A DNA stretch of 61,802 bases, filler included, from Catajapyx aquilonaris (Eukaryota), in NCBI GenBank assembly GCA_000934665.2. It is 2 parts of 2 records of this genome, joined end to end, with 100 filler letters (N's around TTAATTAATTAA, not from the genome) between each part and the next. Parts side by side here need not be neighbours in the genome. Positions count along the whole stretch, not along the records: positions 1 to 30,876 come from KZ539181.1; positions 30,977 to 61,802 come from KZ539182.1. One strand, given 5' to 3'. Position 1 is the first letter of the stretch; each line of letters begins with the position of its first letter. Below, one piece after another: positions 29,640 through 42,714 of the stretch. Under the pieces are notes generated by a model that saw only the letters and a program-made list of their open reading frames with translations, had not been told where the DNA came from and searched no databases. The translations under genes were made by a program, and so were the position numbers.

Positions 29640-30053
29640 CTCTGAGTGCATTTGACAACCAATTTGTGCATGGAACGACCGTTGCTGTTCCGGTGGTAAT
29701 GTGGGTGTGCAATAGGTTTGATCAAGCGAGTGGATACGCACCGGCAGTGGCTGTGCGGCTTCGGCCTGAGGGTTGTTCATCAGGCGGTAGTAGCTCTTGA
29801 TGAGCCTGCGCTTGGGTAGCGGTGGCGACGAAGGTGGAGCTGACGAAGACGGCTGCGGCTCAGGCGGCTCATCTGATGCGGAGGGTGCAGGCGGCTGCTC
29901 TGGGACTGCCTCCGCACCTTCCGCTGCAGCCGCTCCTTCACCCTGTGCCGCCACAGCCTCCTCATCCTGCCCTCTCTCCTCCGGCTGGGCTGGCTCCACC
30001 TTCTCCTCCTGGCTGCTGCCTGCCTCCCCACCCCTCCTCTTCCTTCCAGACAT
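29640..30053 (-). CDS. Probable coding exon, low-complexity E/A/P-rich, product unknown
   Basis: MSGRKRRGG...EQPPAPSASDEPPEPQ with coding-like GC content and a possible donor near 29639; its link to the F-box gene is unresolved. Confidence 0.4.
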
Positions 30054-30920
30054 TCTTGTTTGCACCTGGCAGGACAATGGGCAATGCAACAATGCATCAG
30101 TGTAGTCCTCAGCCCCACCCACCCAACTACAAAAGGTGCTTGGGGGCCTCAAGCACCTTTTGTATGTGCAGCCACACATGGGCAAAAATGATCACTACTT
30201 TCACTACACGCATTAATATAAATAAGATTACCGTCACTCGGGGTTACTTAAGCCACTTTTCAATTTCAGACATCTGCCAATTCAAGAGCATTGATTTTAG
30301 AGATTAGCTAATTGTTGTAAAACATGGGTCTACAGTTACTGTCGACGTATACATGGATGAAAGTTTCCTACATCATGTATGATAAAAACAAAAAAAAAGA
30401 GCTTAAGAGCGCGCTCTAGGCTACGCGATCCATTGTTGCGGGGAGCCCGTCGCGGCCCGGCCCGTGAGTTTGACACTTCTTCCTCTCGCTGTCACGGTTG
30501 CAAATATGGAGGTATCGGCATGAAACTGGAGTATATGGACGCGAAAGAGTTGCACTTTGAGATGGTGCGTTTATTTTTCTCCTGGGGCAATATTTGCGGC
30601 CGCCGCGGCCCGGTACAGTTTTTGATTTTGACCCGCAATCACTCCTTTCCATGTCGGTACCTGTGAGATTCGAGACCATGACAAGGTTTTTACGTCGAAT
30701 TACCGTAAGTGTGTGAAAGGGCACGAGTGTGGCAGTCTTGGTTTGGCCAAACTTTGGGATCGAAAATACCCCCCTTCATGAACAATAACAACTCGCACGA
30801 AGAACGCGACGATCTGGCAGCGCCGCGCTGACTGCCAGTTCCGCAACCACTGCGACGGGGATAAAGTAGTAATAAANNNNNNNNNNNNNNNNNNNNNNNN
30901 NNNNNNNNNNNNNNNNNNNN

Positions 30921-30932
30921 TTAATTAATTAA
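30921..30932. other. Artificial contig linker TTAATTAATTAA between N runs
   Basis: A 12-mer stop-rich palindrome isolated between two N blocks. Confidence 0.85.
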
Positions 30933-31569
30933 NNNNNNNNNNNNNNNNNNNNNNNNNNNNNNNNNNNNNNNNNNNNACTTCACGGGTCTCAACAATTAAC
31001 TTACATAAACATCAAAAAGCAATATATCAATTCACATTCCCATGGAAATTCCCTTATGCAACAATACCTATAGTAAATTAAAGCATTGCCGTAAATTCAA
31101 CGCATCCACCAATTGCGCTAATTGGCCACCTCACGTGAGTTCGTATCGTATGGTCATTCCGAGATTTTGTGGTATTTGCAACTAGACTTCCAGACGAAAA
31201 TAAGTACAATAAAATATCAGTAAAACTCCCATAAGTCGAACTTCCCTAAGTCGAACTTCTCTATAAGTCGAAGAAAATGATGAGCTTGGTTGGTCACAAT
31301 GCAAAAGGTATAGGAAATAAACTTCCCTAACTCGAATTTCTGTAACTCGAAGTTCTCCATACCCACCATGCATCTGTACCGAGATCTGTACGTACATTTC
31401 TAAATTTCATCAGAGCAAACATATGGAACGAGGTGGGGGTGTGAAGTTGGGTTGGGGGGGTGGGGTCAAGGGGTCAAAAATGCAGGGGGGAAAACACATG
31501 GCTGTGTAGTCTTTCTCTGGTCCAGCAACTCCATCTGCATTCCTCTTTTTACACATCCAATCAGAATAT

Positions 31570-31800
31570 CTGTGTCGACTATACACTTGCTATAAGACAA
31601 GCAGGTAATCTATCACAGACATATAGTGACAAACTTTGGCTTATTGCAACTTTTAGGGTCTATTTTAAGACATATCGAGTTTCGAGTGTATGGAAGGGAA
31701 ATTTTTACAAACAAGTACACTTCCTAAAATACTGTATATTATGTACCCCTATCTTTACCAGCACCCCAACATACCCGGGCAACGCCGGGTAACCTGCTAG
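31570..31800 (+). mobile_element. Helitron-type 3' terminus
   Basis: GC hairpin CCCGGGCAACGCCGGG at about 31774-31789, then CTAG at 31797-31800 and T; the 5' boundary is uncertain. Confidence 0.65.
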
Positions 31801-31899
31801 TTATATTATATAATAGCAGAACTCTTTGAGACTTCTTGAGGCTAGACGTGTCTTTCTCTCACTCCCTGTTCCAAACCAAACTCTTGATGCTGTTGGGTC

Positions 31900-32235
31900 T
31901 GTAGCCAGTGTTACATACCACCCCGATTAGCCAAAAAAAAAGTTAAATCCGTAAGAATTACATTTCCTTTCGGTCAAGCGTTAATACTGGTTAAAACCGA
32001 TCAAGAGCAAATTTCAGATTATGGCAAACGCATTCATCCATAGGAAACAGTTCCCCTGAACAACAGCTGACGGCATCACGATTCATAAGAGCCAGGGTTT
32101 GAGCTTAGACAGTGCCCTTCTGGTCAACAATTTCCGTTGTGGTGAAGCGTATGTGGCCTTGTCTCGAGTCAAAAAATTGGATGGAATTCATCTAACCAAC
32201 TTTGATCCCACTCAAGTTAAAGCTAACCATATGAA
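31900..32235 (+). pseudogene. PIF1-family helicase C-terminal fragment (probably Helitron RepHel derived)
   Basis: Hand translation from 32042 gives RKQFP*TTADGITIHKSQGLSLD...EAYVALSRVKKLDGIHL, with an in-frame TGA at 32057. Confidence 0.85.
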
Positions 32236-32529
32236 GCCAATTAACGGAATATAACAGACTAAGACTTGCCGGACCTTTGCAGTTTCCGATTCACTCATTC
32301 TAAGAGGCATCCAAAGGTCCCGGACCAAGTCTGGGCTACATCCGAATATGTACATCGGGTTCAAGAGGATAACCAAACAGATCTCCAATGTCAAGTCTCA
32401 GACCATGCTGCCAGTGGTCGGGGGGGGGGGGGGNNNNNNNNNNNNNNNNNNNNNNNNNNNNNNNNNNNNNNNNNNNNNNNNNNNNNNNNNNATTCATTCA
32501 ACCTTGATTCACCTTAACAAAAAGTGGTG

Positions 32530-33267
32530 AGATCTCCTCAAAAACGCACTCGTAAAAAACGCGCCAAGTCTTCCGCCGAAAAAACCTGTGAGATAGTGTC
32601 TGGGAGCCAAGCCTTGTCCACTCCGCCGTACAAAGTCGTGAGATCGTGGTGGACGCCAAGCCTTTCTTCGAGGCTATAAGCTAAGTGAGATGACTTGGCC
32701 GGACTTGGTTCACGTGCATGGGGAACAATGCGATGCGTGGTTTAATACAATAGGAAGTAAACTTTTAACACTCATTGGTAGAGCCATTACCCAAAAATGT
32801 GACATTCGAATGGAATATTTACTTTTAACTGTCCATGGTGGAGCAGTAACGTAACACCTCCACCTTAAAAGCACGTATATAGTTCCTTTATTCATTAGGG
32901 CCTAATTATAAATATACTTGGACCTCTTATTCGTATCACAGGAACTTCAAAATGTCACCTTCGAACCGCACATGATTACAATCGCGGTTAATTAGACTTG
33001 AAAGTCGTACAGCTATAAAATAGGGAGAACAGTAACTTCACCAAATTCCAGCGAACTGAACGCGTATTGTTCCTCGTGCCCGTGAACGAAGTCCGGCCAA
33101 GTCATCTCACTTAGCTTATAGCCTCGAAGAAAGGCTTGGCGTCCACCACGATCTCACGACTTTGTACGGCGGAGTGGACAAGGCTTGGCTCCCAGACACT
33201 ATCTCACAGGTTTTTTCGGCGGAAGACTTGGCGCGATTTTTACGAGTGCGTTTTTGAGGGGATTTCT
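32530..33267. mobile_element. MITE with ~180 bp terminal inverted repeats
   Basis: 32530-32707 is a near-perfect reverse complement of 33088-33267. Confidence 0.8.
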
Positions 33268-33549
33268 CTTAAAGTGTGCGGGATTGGAACCCAAACGATC
33301 ATGCGAGGTCAACATGCCACCTTCAGGTCAAGGGGGCCATGAAAATGACGCCCAGTTTGAATGTTTCGCCTCGCACTTCAAAAACATCAAAATAATACGT
33401 CCTGCGCAACTGACTCTACAAATGTGTAGGGCCTAAAAGAAAGTATATAGTGGTTTAGTATGAACTCTCGTTCAGTTTCCACTTATGAAGCGGAATAAGG
33501 ATTCATTTTTTCCTGATTGGTTCCACTAAAACAAGTAGAAAATGATATA

Positions 33550-33860
33550 GGGGAAGAGTGGTTGGCCGAGTTGGTAATGACTCGGCTTGCTGATGGGAAG
33601 GTCCAGGGGTTCGATCCCCGCCCGGGAGTTCCCTTCACTCCGCCTGCGCTGGATCCACTTGTGTAACGGCTACACTACACTACTCACTACATATTAAAAG
33701 CCAATTACATCCGTAACTATGCTGCAGAGACTACATTAGTGACCCATGTCACACGTAAGGTGATCCTTTGTCTCCCAACGGGGTTGATCCTGAAAGGCGG
33801 TCTATTTCTTTCCTAAGAGACCATGTACGTATGCATAGGTTACCTCATACAAAAAATATG
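33550..33860 (+). mobile_element. tRNA-derived SINE
   Basis: A box TGGCCGAGTTGG and B box GGTTCGATCCC without a cloverleaf; the 3' end is approximate. Confidence 0.55.
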
Positions 33861-34161
33861 CCTGATGATAAAGAAAAGTATGTTGGGTGAGAATCAGGCA
33901 AGAACAAATAAACTATATTATTCAGATCACTTGAGTGTGTCACGAACACCTGTGCTAAAAAAAACACAGCTTTCACCCCTGTCCTGAAGCAAGGAGACAC
34001 TTGACATTGCACAAGGTCATTGAGCATTTAGGGCTTCGATTACTAAATAATCATTATAGGCATTTTCATTGATTTCATATCATCATTATTTTAAGGGCGA
34101 TAGCCCTTAAGTAAGACCGTAGCATGGATTTCAACAATGTTTCAACAATGAATTTTTCCTA

Positions 34162-34166
34162 CTTCT

Positions 34167-34198
<32 letters not shown>

Positions 34199-34222
34199 TT
34201 CTTCTTCTTCTTCTTCTTCTTC
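34162..34222. repeat. (CTT)n microsatellite
   Basis: Seen directly. Confidence 0.95.
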
Positions 34223-35404
34223 TTCTTCTTCTTCTTCTTCTTGTTACGTTTTTTTTATTCGCCCTAACTCAAGTTCTGCTGTAGGTAGAGCTTCCAAATT
34301 TTGAACACAGATCCCCACCGTCGTGACTTTATTTCCTACCATTTACACTTTTACTTAACTCCTCTTCAAAACGCCGCAAAAAATTTAAAACAACCAAAAA
34401 ATACGTTTTAATTTTTTTGCTCAATAACTATTCGGAATTTGGTTTCTTCGTCAAAGGGCCGAAAGTGCAGTGGGATGGTGCGGATCTATGTTCAAAATCT
34501 CACAGTTCCCACTGCTACAGGATTGGAGCTGTGATTTCTTTACCTCGTATTTTTTGTGTCATTACTTCATTTGTTCGTTACGCCATCACCTAGAAACGTC
34601 AGTTGTTGTTTACCACCTCACATATTGTTGTGGGTCAAAGGAGGACAAGATGAGCGACGCCGAGTCGTACTGTCGCCATTGGGTTTTCACCCAACTTTAA
34701 TGTGCCTTTGTGTTTTTTGTATCGTCTGGTACAGTTCTCAATGTACATACTCCGTATATTTTAGCGTATAGGCTTTTCATAATAATTAAATCAGACTAAC
34801 CTTTGGCTGGTAGCACTCGACTTTCGTTTTTTTACGACTGTCTCTGTGAAAATAATTTTAGGGACTTCTAAGCGACGAAAATCGTCTCCATTGCATTCAT
34901 AGTGCAGACTGTATAGTGTAGACACTGTAGAGCATAAGTTATGTGTACTGTCAAAAAAGAACTGAAATTATATCAAAAACTTTCCCTTCAGTAAAAAAAA
35001 GAGAAGTAAGACCTCCGCGGCGGAATGAAGGTACTGAAACAAGGCAGGCGCACGTATGACCTTCACCAATTGCTTTAAGCTGTACAGTACCATAGGTCTT
35101 ACTCAAGCAATTCTCAAGTACGGTACGGAACGGCTCGTAAAAATTACTGCTGCAAACTACTCAGAGCAGTATAGGTAGGGTTTTATTTTGAAAAGAAAAA
35201 AATTGGGGAAAAAGACTAAACCCATTCTAACAGACTTGGTCCAATCGAAAAAGACCCTCTAAAATTCACCAATTAACCATTATATGTGAAAAATTAAACG
35301 TTAGAGTTAAAATCAGCATCTAAAAGGGGTGCGCCGATTCTGCATGAATGTTTCATGGCAATAATTCGCACTAATCGCATAGAAATTCAATGCGCTTAAT
35401 ATTG

Positions 35405-37577
35405 AAGTGGGAATGTCCTATGGTGGTGAGTCACGACGTGGGAAAGTCTCTTCCTGCAAGTGTCCAGACGCTTCTGGCCAACATATCCAGGGTGGGGAGA
35501 CCCGTGCTCATCTCCAGATCAGAATCGAAAAGGACCTGGACCTGCGATGATTCAATTGAAAGAGGAGAATATTATGAGAGAATGGATTTGGATTCCACAT
35601 CAAAACAAGCCAAGTGCGCATTACACGTGGTTATGACCTGTGCCGATAATTATGGGGATATCATGGATGTGCATTTGGATCCAGACGAGGCCCTCACTGG
35701 GTCAAAAACCACTCGCGACCCGTTCGTCTTTTGGATCAGAGATTCGGATGACAGCAAATTCCTCTCTGAAAAACCTGCATCGAACATCAGGTTCAAGGTG
35801 TCCCTCACTCCAGCAGATGACGACAGCATTCAGGTCAATTCTGTTTGCCTTTTCTGCAATGGACCTACCTTCGAACACGTCATGTTCAATGCCACCACAA
35901 ATGTTACATTGAACAGAGAGCTGTTTCGCGACACATCAAACGACTTCAGAGGTTCTACACTTGAAAGAGTTCATTACGATGAACTGGACAACACTATGTG
36001 CGGGCCTTTTTTTCAGTTCAGTGACTTTTGTTTTGTAGCAGACGCCCTGAACTTTAGATGGCATGCAATGGCCATCGACGGGACTGAAGCCGCGCAAAAT
36101 CTGACCTACTTGCTGCAGCTCATTGATGATTTCACGAAGCCACGAAGGGAAAGCTTTCCTTTATGCTATCCTCCCCGATAGTTGAAATTTTGTTTCCTTT
36201 GGTTCACTTTGTGCCGAAAAACAGTGTCCAACGTATAACCTTTCTCGGCAGGACTCCTCGCGAATTGCAAACTCCGCTCATCATAGTGTATGCCTATGAC
36301 ACGTTATGTTGGTGTGCCATAAGGGAGACGGAGTGGCGCCGCGGTAACGTGCGCGCCCACGGATGTTAAGGTCCCGGGTTCGATCCCAGCCCGGGGACAC
36401 CCCCTTCATCTCGTGCAGAGTTCAGGGTCACCTCTGGTCTCGGGTGGTATTTCCTACAGACTAAACCACCCGGGGGAGTTCACTAAAAATGACCACAGCG
36501 TCAGATTCACTGCACTTTGCACATCCCCTCCTGTCATCCTGCCCGTGGGCCCGGGCGCTTCGTTCAAGGCTCCAAATGTACGAATTGAAAATAAAGGTCC
36601 GTGCAAAACACCTTCTCGGTGAGCACTACCCCCACAATTATTACATTATATTATTATTATATATTATGTTGGTGTGCCTTTGGCGTAGGGTTTTTTGTGT
36701 CTGGTTTGTTCCTGTGCGCATTTGCAAAGTTGCAAACTGATGTTTTAAGTGCACGTTCTCTATTCCGTTCAGCATGGTATCGATACACCTTGAGATACCT
36801 TGGACTCTCTTAGGACAATTCTCCGACAACCTTTCTACGAGGCATCTTCTTCAAAGGCGTTTGTATCGACGTGGACGTTTTTTGTTATCATCGTTACAAC
36901 CGGATACACGAGCAAACTTTATTACTTTATCACTTTCCCTCCAAAAGAGATAGTTCCCTCAAATTTCCAAGAATTGATGAATTCTAATGTAAGTTTAATG
37001 TCCTGATAGGGGCTTTTCTTTACGATCTTATTATGCAGGATTTGACTGATGATATGCGGCAGAAATACAAACCATTGTTCGATAAATGTACTAAAATAAT
37101 ACCACTCGTGGAAGAATGCGTAAATGACTTTATGCTCTATGACAGAGTGTGCCTGGGCGCCGAGGATGACTTGAACCTTTGAAAGACATGTCTGACATAA
37201 TTGACGTGTACGGGCAGGGCAACACGTTCATATCCACAGACACTTTCGCCTTAGCCCATAACGCAGTTCTTCTTACCAGAGACAGAGTGTATCAGGATAA
37301 CATTGATTACTGGATGGGAATATATCACAGCACTGGTATTTCGACGAGGATAACCGCATTCCATTATCACATGCAGATGCTGAGAAAGTTTAAGAGGAGG
37401 CGAGAGGATGGGATAGTGGACGAGGACAATGTGGCCATCACTTTGGAAAGCCTCGGGGGAGCTTTCTATGTTATTGTCGCTGGTAGTGTCCTCTCTTCCG
37501 CTGCATTCGTGACTGAAATATTAGTTAAAAAGTTCATGGTACGCAATAAAAGCCGGCCTTATCCATTTTTAAAGTAA
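35405..37577 (+). pseudogene. Divergent ionotropic receptor pseudogene (5'-truncated, frameshifts, SINE insertion)
   Basis: ORF pieces 35390-36181, 36800-37006 and 37179-37577 align with the intact paralog at 42715-44664 (ECPMVVSHDVGKSLPASVQ; TGYTSKLY; ITLESLGGAF). Confidence 0.85.
36319..36663 (+). mobile_element. tRNA-derived SINE with 15 bp TSD
   Basis: A/B boxes, (TTA)-rich tail, TSD TTATGTTGGTGTGCC at 36304-36318 and 36664-36678. Confidence 0.9.
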
Positions 37578-37862
37578 ATAACTTATGAATGCAATATGTC
37601 CAGCTTTGATTACATTAAGATTACGGGATTTCGCAACTGCAATTAAAATATTCAATATGAAGCTCCTGACAACGGGGCTATCTTGGTTAGCGCTCGTAAA
37701 TAATCTCCTAAATATTGAGACGTTTCCGTTTTTTGACTACAATCGTCGACTAATAGATTATACGACAGCGACTGTGCAGACTTGCCTAAGTCCCGTAGGT
37801 ATTGCATAGGCTAAGGTTTGACCCACCCCAACAATCATACCTACATAATCGCTACCCCTTAA

Positions 37863-38806
37863 GGTAGTTCTTGCGCTAAGACGAAATGGTGGCAGAGAAT
37901 TTATAATTACACCAGTTGTTCCCTGTTATGTGACTAATGAGCCTGTAAAATATAAAGGACTTCTACTAAATACTTTCGGAGATATTCATCTCTGAACTTG
38001 AGGTCTTATACATGGCGGCTTATGGAGAGGGGCATCCAGGAACCGATATTTCCCCCCGCAGATCCCGTGAAAATGGTGCCACGATCACAAAAAACTAATC
38101 ACTGTGTAGCCACAATCGTACCAAATTATTTTGTCACAAGAAACCAATACGTCACCAGGCCCGTTCTTCCACAATCCCTTCAAAACTGCGGGGTAGTCGC
38201 GGCTCCCAGCGATGACTTGGCAACGCAGCTACAACAATATAGTAGGGGGCGCGCGTTTTGAAAGTCCCAGGCATCGCGCTGAGCTCGTTTTAAGAGTATA
38301 AAATTAATATATAGGGCTCGTTTTACGATATTGGGATGTGCAAGAGTTAAAAGGGGCAATAATAATAATATTAATAATATATTTTAATAACAATAACAAT
38401 GACAATAATTTCATTAAAATATCGATATACTGTAATATCGATAGTTGGGCTAACTATCGAGTACTCGATATATCGCTGGGGGGAAATATCGATACATCGA
38501 TAAGTTGTTGACAAGTGCTGCCAACGTGTGCAACGTTGTCGGATTTCCCGCACTTTTTCCGGTATTTGGAAGAGCCATATTTCTGCTCTTCTCCGGGACA
38601 AAAGTGCACGAGGGAATTATTATCCCCCAAATAAATGTTCATGTAACGTATCCGACGCGAAACACGCACTCAAAACTCTGTTTCAGAGAAATACTAGCAG
38701 AAATGTCTTACAATCGCAGAAGTTGGTACTAGCCAGCTCGCCCCATGTATAAACATAGGCTCAACCCCCCTCCCCCATCCCCCCGTTTCCAAGCGCAAGA
38801 ACTACC
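37863..38806. mobile_element. TTAA-targeting non-autonomous DNA transposon (Kolobok-like termini)
   Basis: TTAA|GGTAGTTCTTGCGCT ... AGCGCAAGAACTACC|TTAA. Confidence 0.75.
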
Positions 38807-38810
38807 TTAA

Positions 38811-38942
38811 GGTAGTTCTTGCGCTTGGAAACGGAGGGAAGGGGGTGGGGTGTTGAGCCTATGTTTAGCCAGCTCGCCCCATGTATAAACATAGGCTCAA
38901 CCCCCCTCCCCCATCCCCCCGTTTCCAAGCGCAAGAACTACC
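38811..38942. mobile_element. 132 bp mini-element of the same family, abutting at a shared TTAA
   Basis: Same termini; TTAA at 38807-38810 and 38943-38946. Confidence 0.7.
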
Positions 38943-39822
38943 TTAATGTCAATCGATTAGTAGCAAATTTGAGAAATGCATCACAGCAGTTTTGGATAGA
39001 CGGTTATAATATAAGTTTTGAACATGAAGATTCAGAGGAGTACTGCAATCTGTGCAATGAGAAGGAGAAAAGAAGAGTATCCACCACATAGTCTACAGCA
39101 GAAGTGCTCATTCTTAAAGATTCCGAGGGGGAAATATATTAGAGAGATGGTCTTCAAATATTCATGAATCATGATGGTCCCTACATTGTTATGGCGACCG
39201 TTGTCTGCAGGTTGCAGTAGACCTCATGATGATGATGGTTAAACGCACTTACTCGCACTTACTTATTTGTATACTTATAATAATGAAAAGGTAAAGTGCA
39301 TAACTTACATCTTAAAAGTATCTCGGATGTTGGCTTTTTTCCCAATAACTGCTGTCTTGAATTGTGAAGAAGCTGTATGTAGACGATGTACCGGTATTCG
39401 GAGAGTTTGGTATTTCTGAGTTTAGAGTATACACGATGATTTTGTTTTACTGGTACCTCGTACCTTTTACGAGTAGGCTATATGACATTATTTTGTACGC
39501 GTTTTCCCCCTGAAATCGTTTTTAAATATTATGTAGCAAAACTAAACATTTTGATGGACTTAATTTTTTTATTTTATGCAGTGCATTCTTGTACTCATAC
39601 AACACGTCGGAGAGCAACTAAACGTACGGCCACTTGGAAGTGCAAATCAAATGTAACACTTTGAAAATTTATTTCTGCGAATTTATAATGATGTCAAGAT
39701 GGAATTTTTTAGGTATAGTTGAAAGAAAATCTACAGTTATGAATAAGATTTTTTTTACACTTATACATTAAAGTCGTACTTCCAAAATATTTAAAACTAG
39801 CTATCACGTATGTGACAGAGTA

Positions 39823-40207
39823 CAGTACCCTGCATTAATGGCCATGCACAGACATCGCCACCTGTCCAAGAACGAGCGGAAATAGGCGCCTGTGGGGTGC
39901 GTCCAAAATACTTGGACAGCTCAAGATATATATAGCGGTAGATTCAAACTCTTGCTACAAAGATGGATCACGGATATATCTGTGGGATGAATTATAAGGC
40001 CATTGCGATTCCTATCAATGTATTGAGGTTGTGAGCCAGTTATTACACGGACCGAGCGAATGCCTGTTAATCCACCGCGATATCTTGAGCCGTCTAGAGT
40101 GGACTTGTAAGCAGTCTTGATTTTTGGACACAGCCCACCAGACGCCTAGTTCCGCTCAATCTGGCCAGATGGCGATGTCTGTGCATGGCCATTAATGCAG
40201 GGTACTG
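39823..40207. mobile_element. Tc1/mariner-type MITE
   Basis: TA|CAGTACCCTGCATTAATGGCCATGCACAGACATCGCCA and its exact reverse complement|TA. Confidence 0.85.
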
Positions 40208-41451
40208 TACGAATTACATGTGTATTTTACGTATATTGTAGAATTTATTTGTGTAAATGGTTACTCCATACACATAATAAGTGTACACGTGTACTACAGA
40301 TGAACCCTGATATAACAGACTCGTCTGTAACGTATACTTTCGGTTATAAGAGACTCTAAAAACCGGTCCCGGCATATTTCCATATAATTATGGCTTTTGT
40401 ACTCGGCTTATATAACAGATCTCGGTTTATATAACAGATTGATTTCCCCTATCCCTTGAAGTCTGTTAAATATATCCTGGTTCAACTGTACTACCTTTAG
40501 TTTTTAGTAGGTGTAATTTGAGCAAAACTCTGTTACAAAATACAAGTTAAATAGAGTTCAGGATTAATGCAATTATTTAAAGTTAATTACAAAACCGTAC
40601 TTTTAAAGAGCATAAGATATTCTACAGGCCGGTAATATCTAAATAGTCCTACTTGTGTGCATCAACGGATTCACTAAAATATAACCAGTCTGCCTCAAAT
40701 TATAAGGCAATGCAAAAGTATGAGACAACAAGACTGCACGTGATAACTGCTACACAACCATTGCTCTATTGAACCTTCTGAGAAAAACATTTAATTCAGT
40801 TATAGCCAAAAATCATATTAATCCTTAATATTTTTTTGCCATATTTGGATGCTCACATTAAAATTGACAGGATGAAACAATTAGATGCTTGAATAATGAA
40901 AATATTTTGCACTAGGCATAGAAAAACTGCTCAAAAATCTGTGCCTACGCGATTGTCTCAGGTGGTCTCGTGATATTGGGCATATGACCGGATTCAGAGA
41001 GTTGTAAAATCATAGCTCCTTGTTTTAAGTACTTGTCATTACCCTGGTCGATGTGTGTATGATCATTTTTCATGTGTTCGTTCAAGTTGTGGACTGCAAA
41101 CATTTATTGTCTCATCACATGATAGTTTTCGACGTTGTTAATTGCTTTGTAACATAGATTAAGTTTATGGAAAATTCCTGTGTATGGTCTGCTCTGTTCA
41201 CACTTATTTCAGAGACCCATCCAAATGCTCCAGAACCCCCGTAATGGTTTCGGTTGGTTTAAAAATGTCTATGATATCTTGATGATATGTTGTATTTTAG
41301 CAGTCAGAAAAGAGTGGATCACAAATCATTTAACTCCTGACATCCAGATTATAATAATAATAATTGATTGATTGGGTATATTCGGCTAGCCCCTAGAGGG
41401 GCCTTCTGCCAGACCTTTATTAAGATGGTATACAATTTTGGAATTCTATTT

Positions 41452-41699
41452 TTGAAGCGCCCGGGCCCACGGGCAGGATGACAGGAGGGGATGTGCAAAG
41501 TGCAGTGAATCTGACGCTGTGGCCATTTTTAGTGAACTCCCCCGGGTGGTTTAGTCTGTAGAAAATACCACCCGAGACGAAGCCAGAGGTGACCCTGAAC
41601 TCTGCACGAGATGAAGGGGGTGTCCCCGCGCTGGGATCGAACCCGGGACCTTAACATCCGTGGGCGCGCACGTTACCGCGGCGCCACTCCGTCTCCCTT
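41452..41699 (-). mobile_element. Second copy of the SINE at 36319
   Basis: Near-identical reverse complement of about 36321-36562. A more distant relative with an (AAT)n tail lies at about 44770-45125. Confidence 0.85.
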
Positions 41700-42714
41700 G
41701 TGACATCCAGATTACGTCTACTGATGCCTAAGCTAAACGAGACTATGAGGGTTTGAATAGAAATCGAATGTATAAAAAATTGTCACCCCCTTTTTGGATG
41801 TCACTTCCGGGAGTCACACCCAGAAAAGTGGATGTTCATACTATGATGTTCAACTACACCCAGACAAGATACAGGTCTACAGATGTTTCGTAGTTGGCAT
41901 TGCTCCATATTGGAATTTTCCCATGTTACCCTATTCCAGGCTCCAAATTAATGCTAATGGTTGAGGGGGGGGGGGGTTATTTTATTTTATGAGATTTCTG
42001 ATATACAGAATGCAATTTTGACGGATAATGAGGCATAAACATTTTTAAAGCCATGTACTAATACGATTGGATTTCACTAAAAACTGTAAAGTGNGCAATT
42101 TTGACGGATAATGAGGCATAAACATTTTTAAAGCCATGTACTAATACGATTGGATTTCACTAAAAACTGTAAAGTGCTATAAACTTACTTCTACTTACAA
42201 TAAAATTATGATGCATGTTTTACATAGTTCCGACGTTCAATTAACCCCACGATTATTCCGTGATATTGCATGCTGCTGGAATAGCCCCGTAATTTCGACA
42301 TCTGTTGAGGAAATGTTTAAATATTGTTATCGGCTATTTTCTTTTTAACATACATCAGCCATACAAAAAGGAATGCTTACCTGCCAAAGTTATTAGAAAC
42401 TTGCTTATGAATATCGGCACATAATCCCTACAGCCCTACAGGACATAAAATAACACCAAAGGTCATCCCATGCAATAAGCAAGGAGGAAAATACGTGAGC
42501 TTGTGTACAAGGTTGCTAAGTATTGACAAGTTCAATTACAAGTCTGTACATCGATATCGACATTTTCACTGTGGCAACGTATGAAATGCGTGAATTCAAA
42601 AGCACTTCTGTCTTATTTCATATATGATGCATGTTTCCGCACTCATAACGAGTTGGCGTGTCGGACTGTCGGAAAGCAGTCTGGACATTAGAGCAGTGCC
42701 AAGTCGACATAGCA

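Noticed and set aside
30878..30976. Biological palindrome TTAATTAATTAA
   Set aside because: Embedded in N runs; an assembly linker. Linkage across it should not be assumed.
36319..36400. tRNA genes at SINE heads (also about 20990, 33550 and 41630)
   Set aside because: A/B boxes only, no cloverleaf, followed by a SINE body and, at 36319, a TSD.
38947..39130. Host gene in ORF 38819-39091
   Set aside because: Resembles the LINE C-terminus (LVANLRN...EEYCNLCN versus LLANLRN...EEQCVWCN at 17184-17717); a retroelement scrap.
42010..42178. ~82 bp tandem duplication
   Set aside because: The copies are separated by a single N, typical of a contig-overlap artefact.
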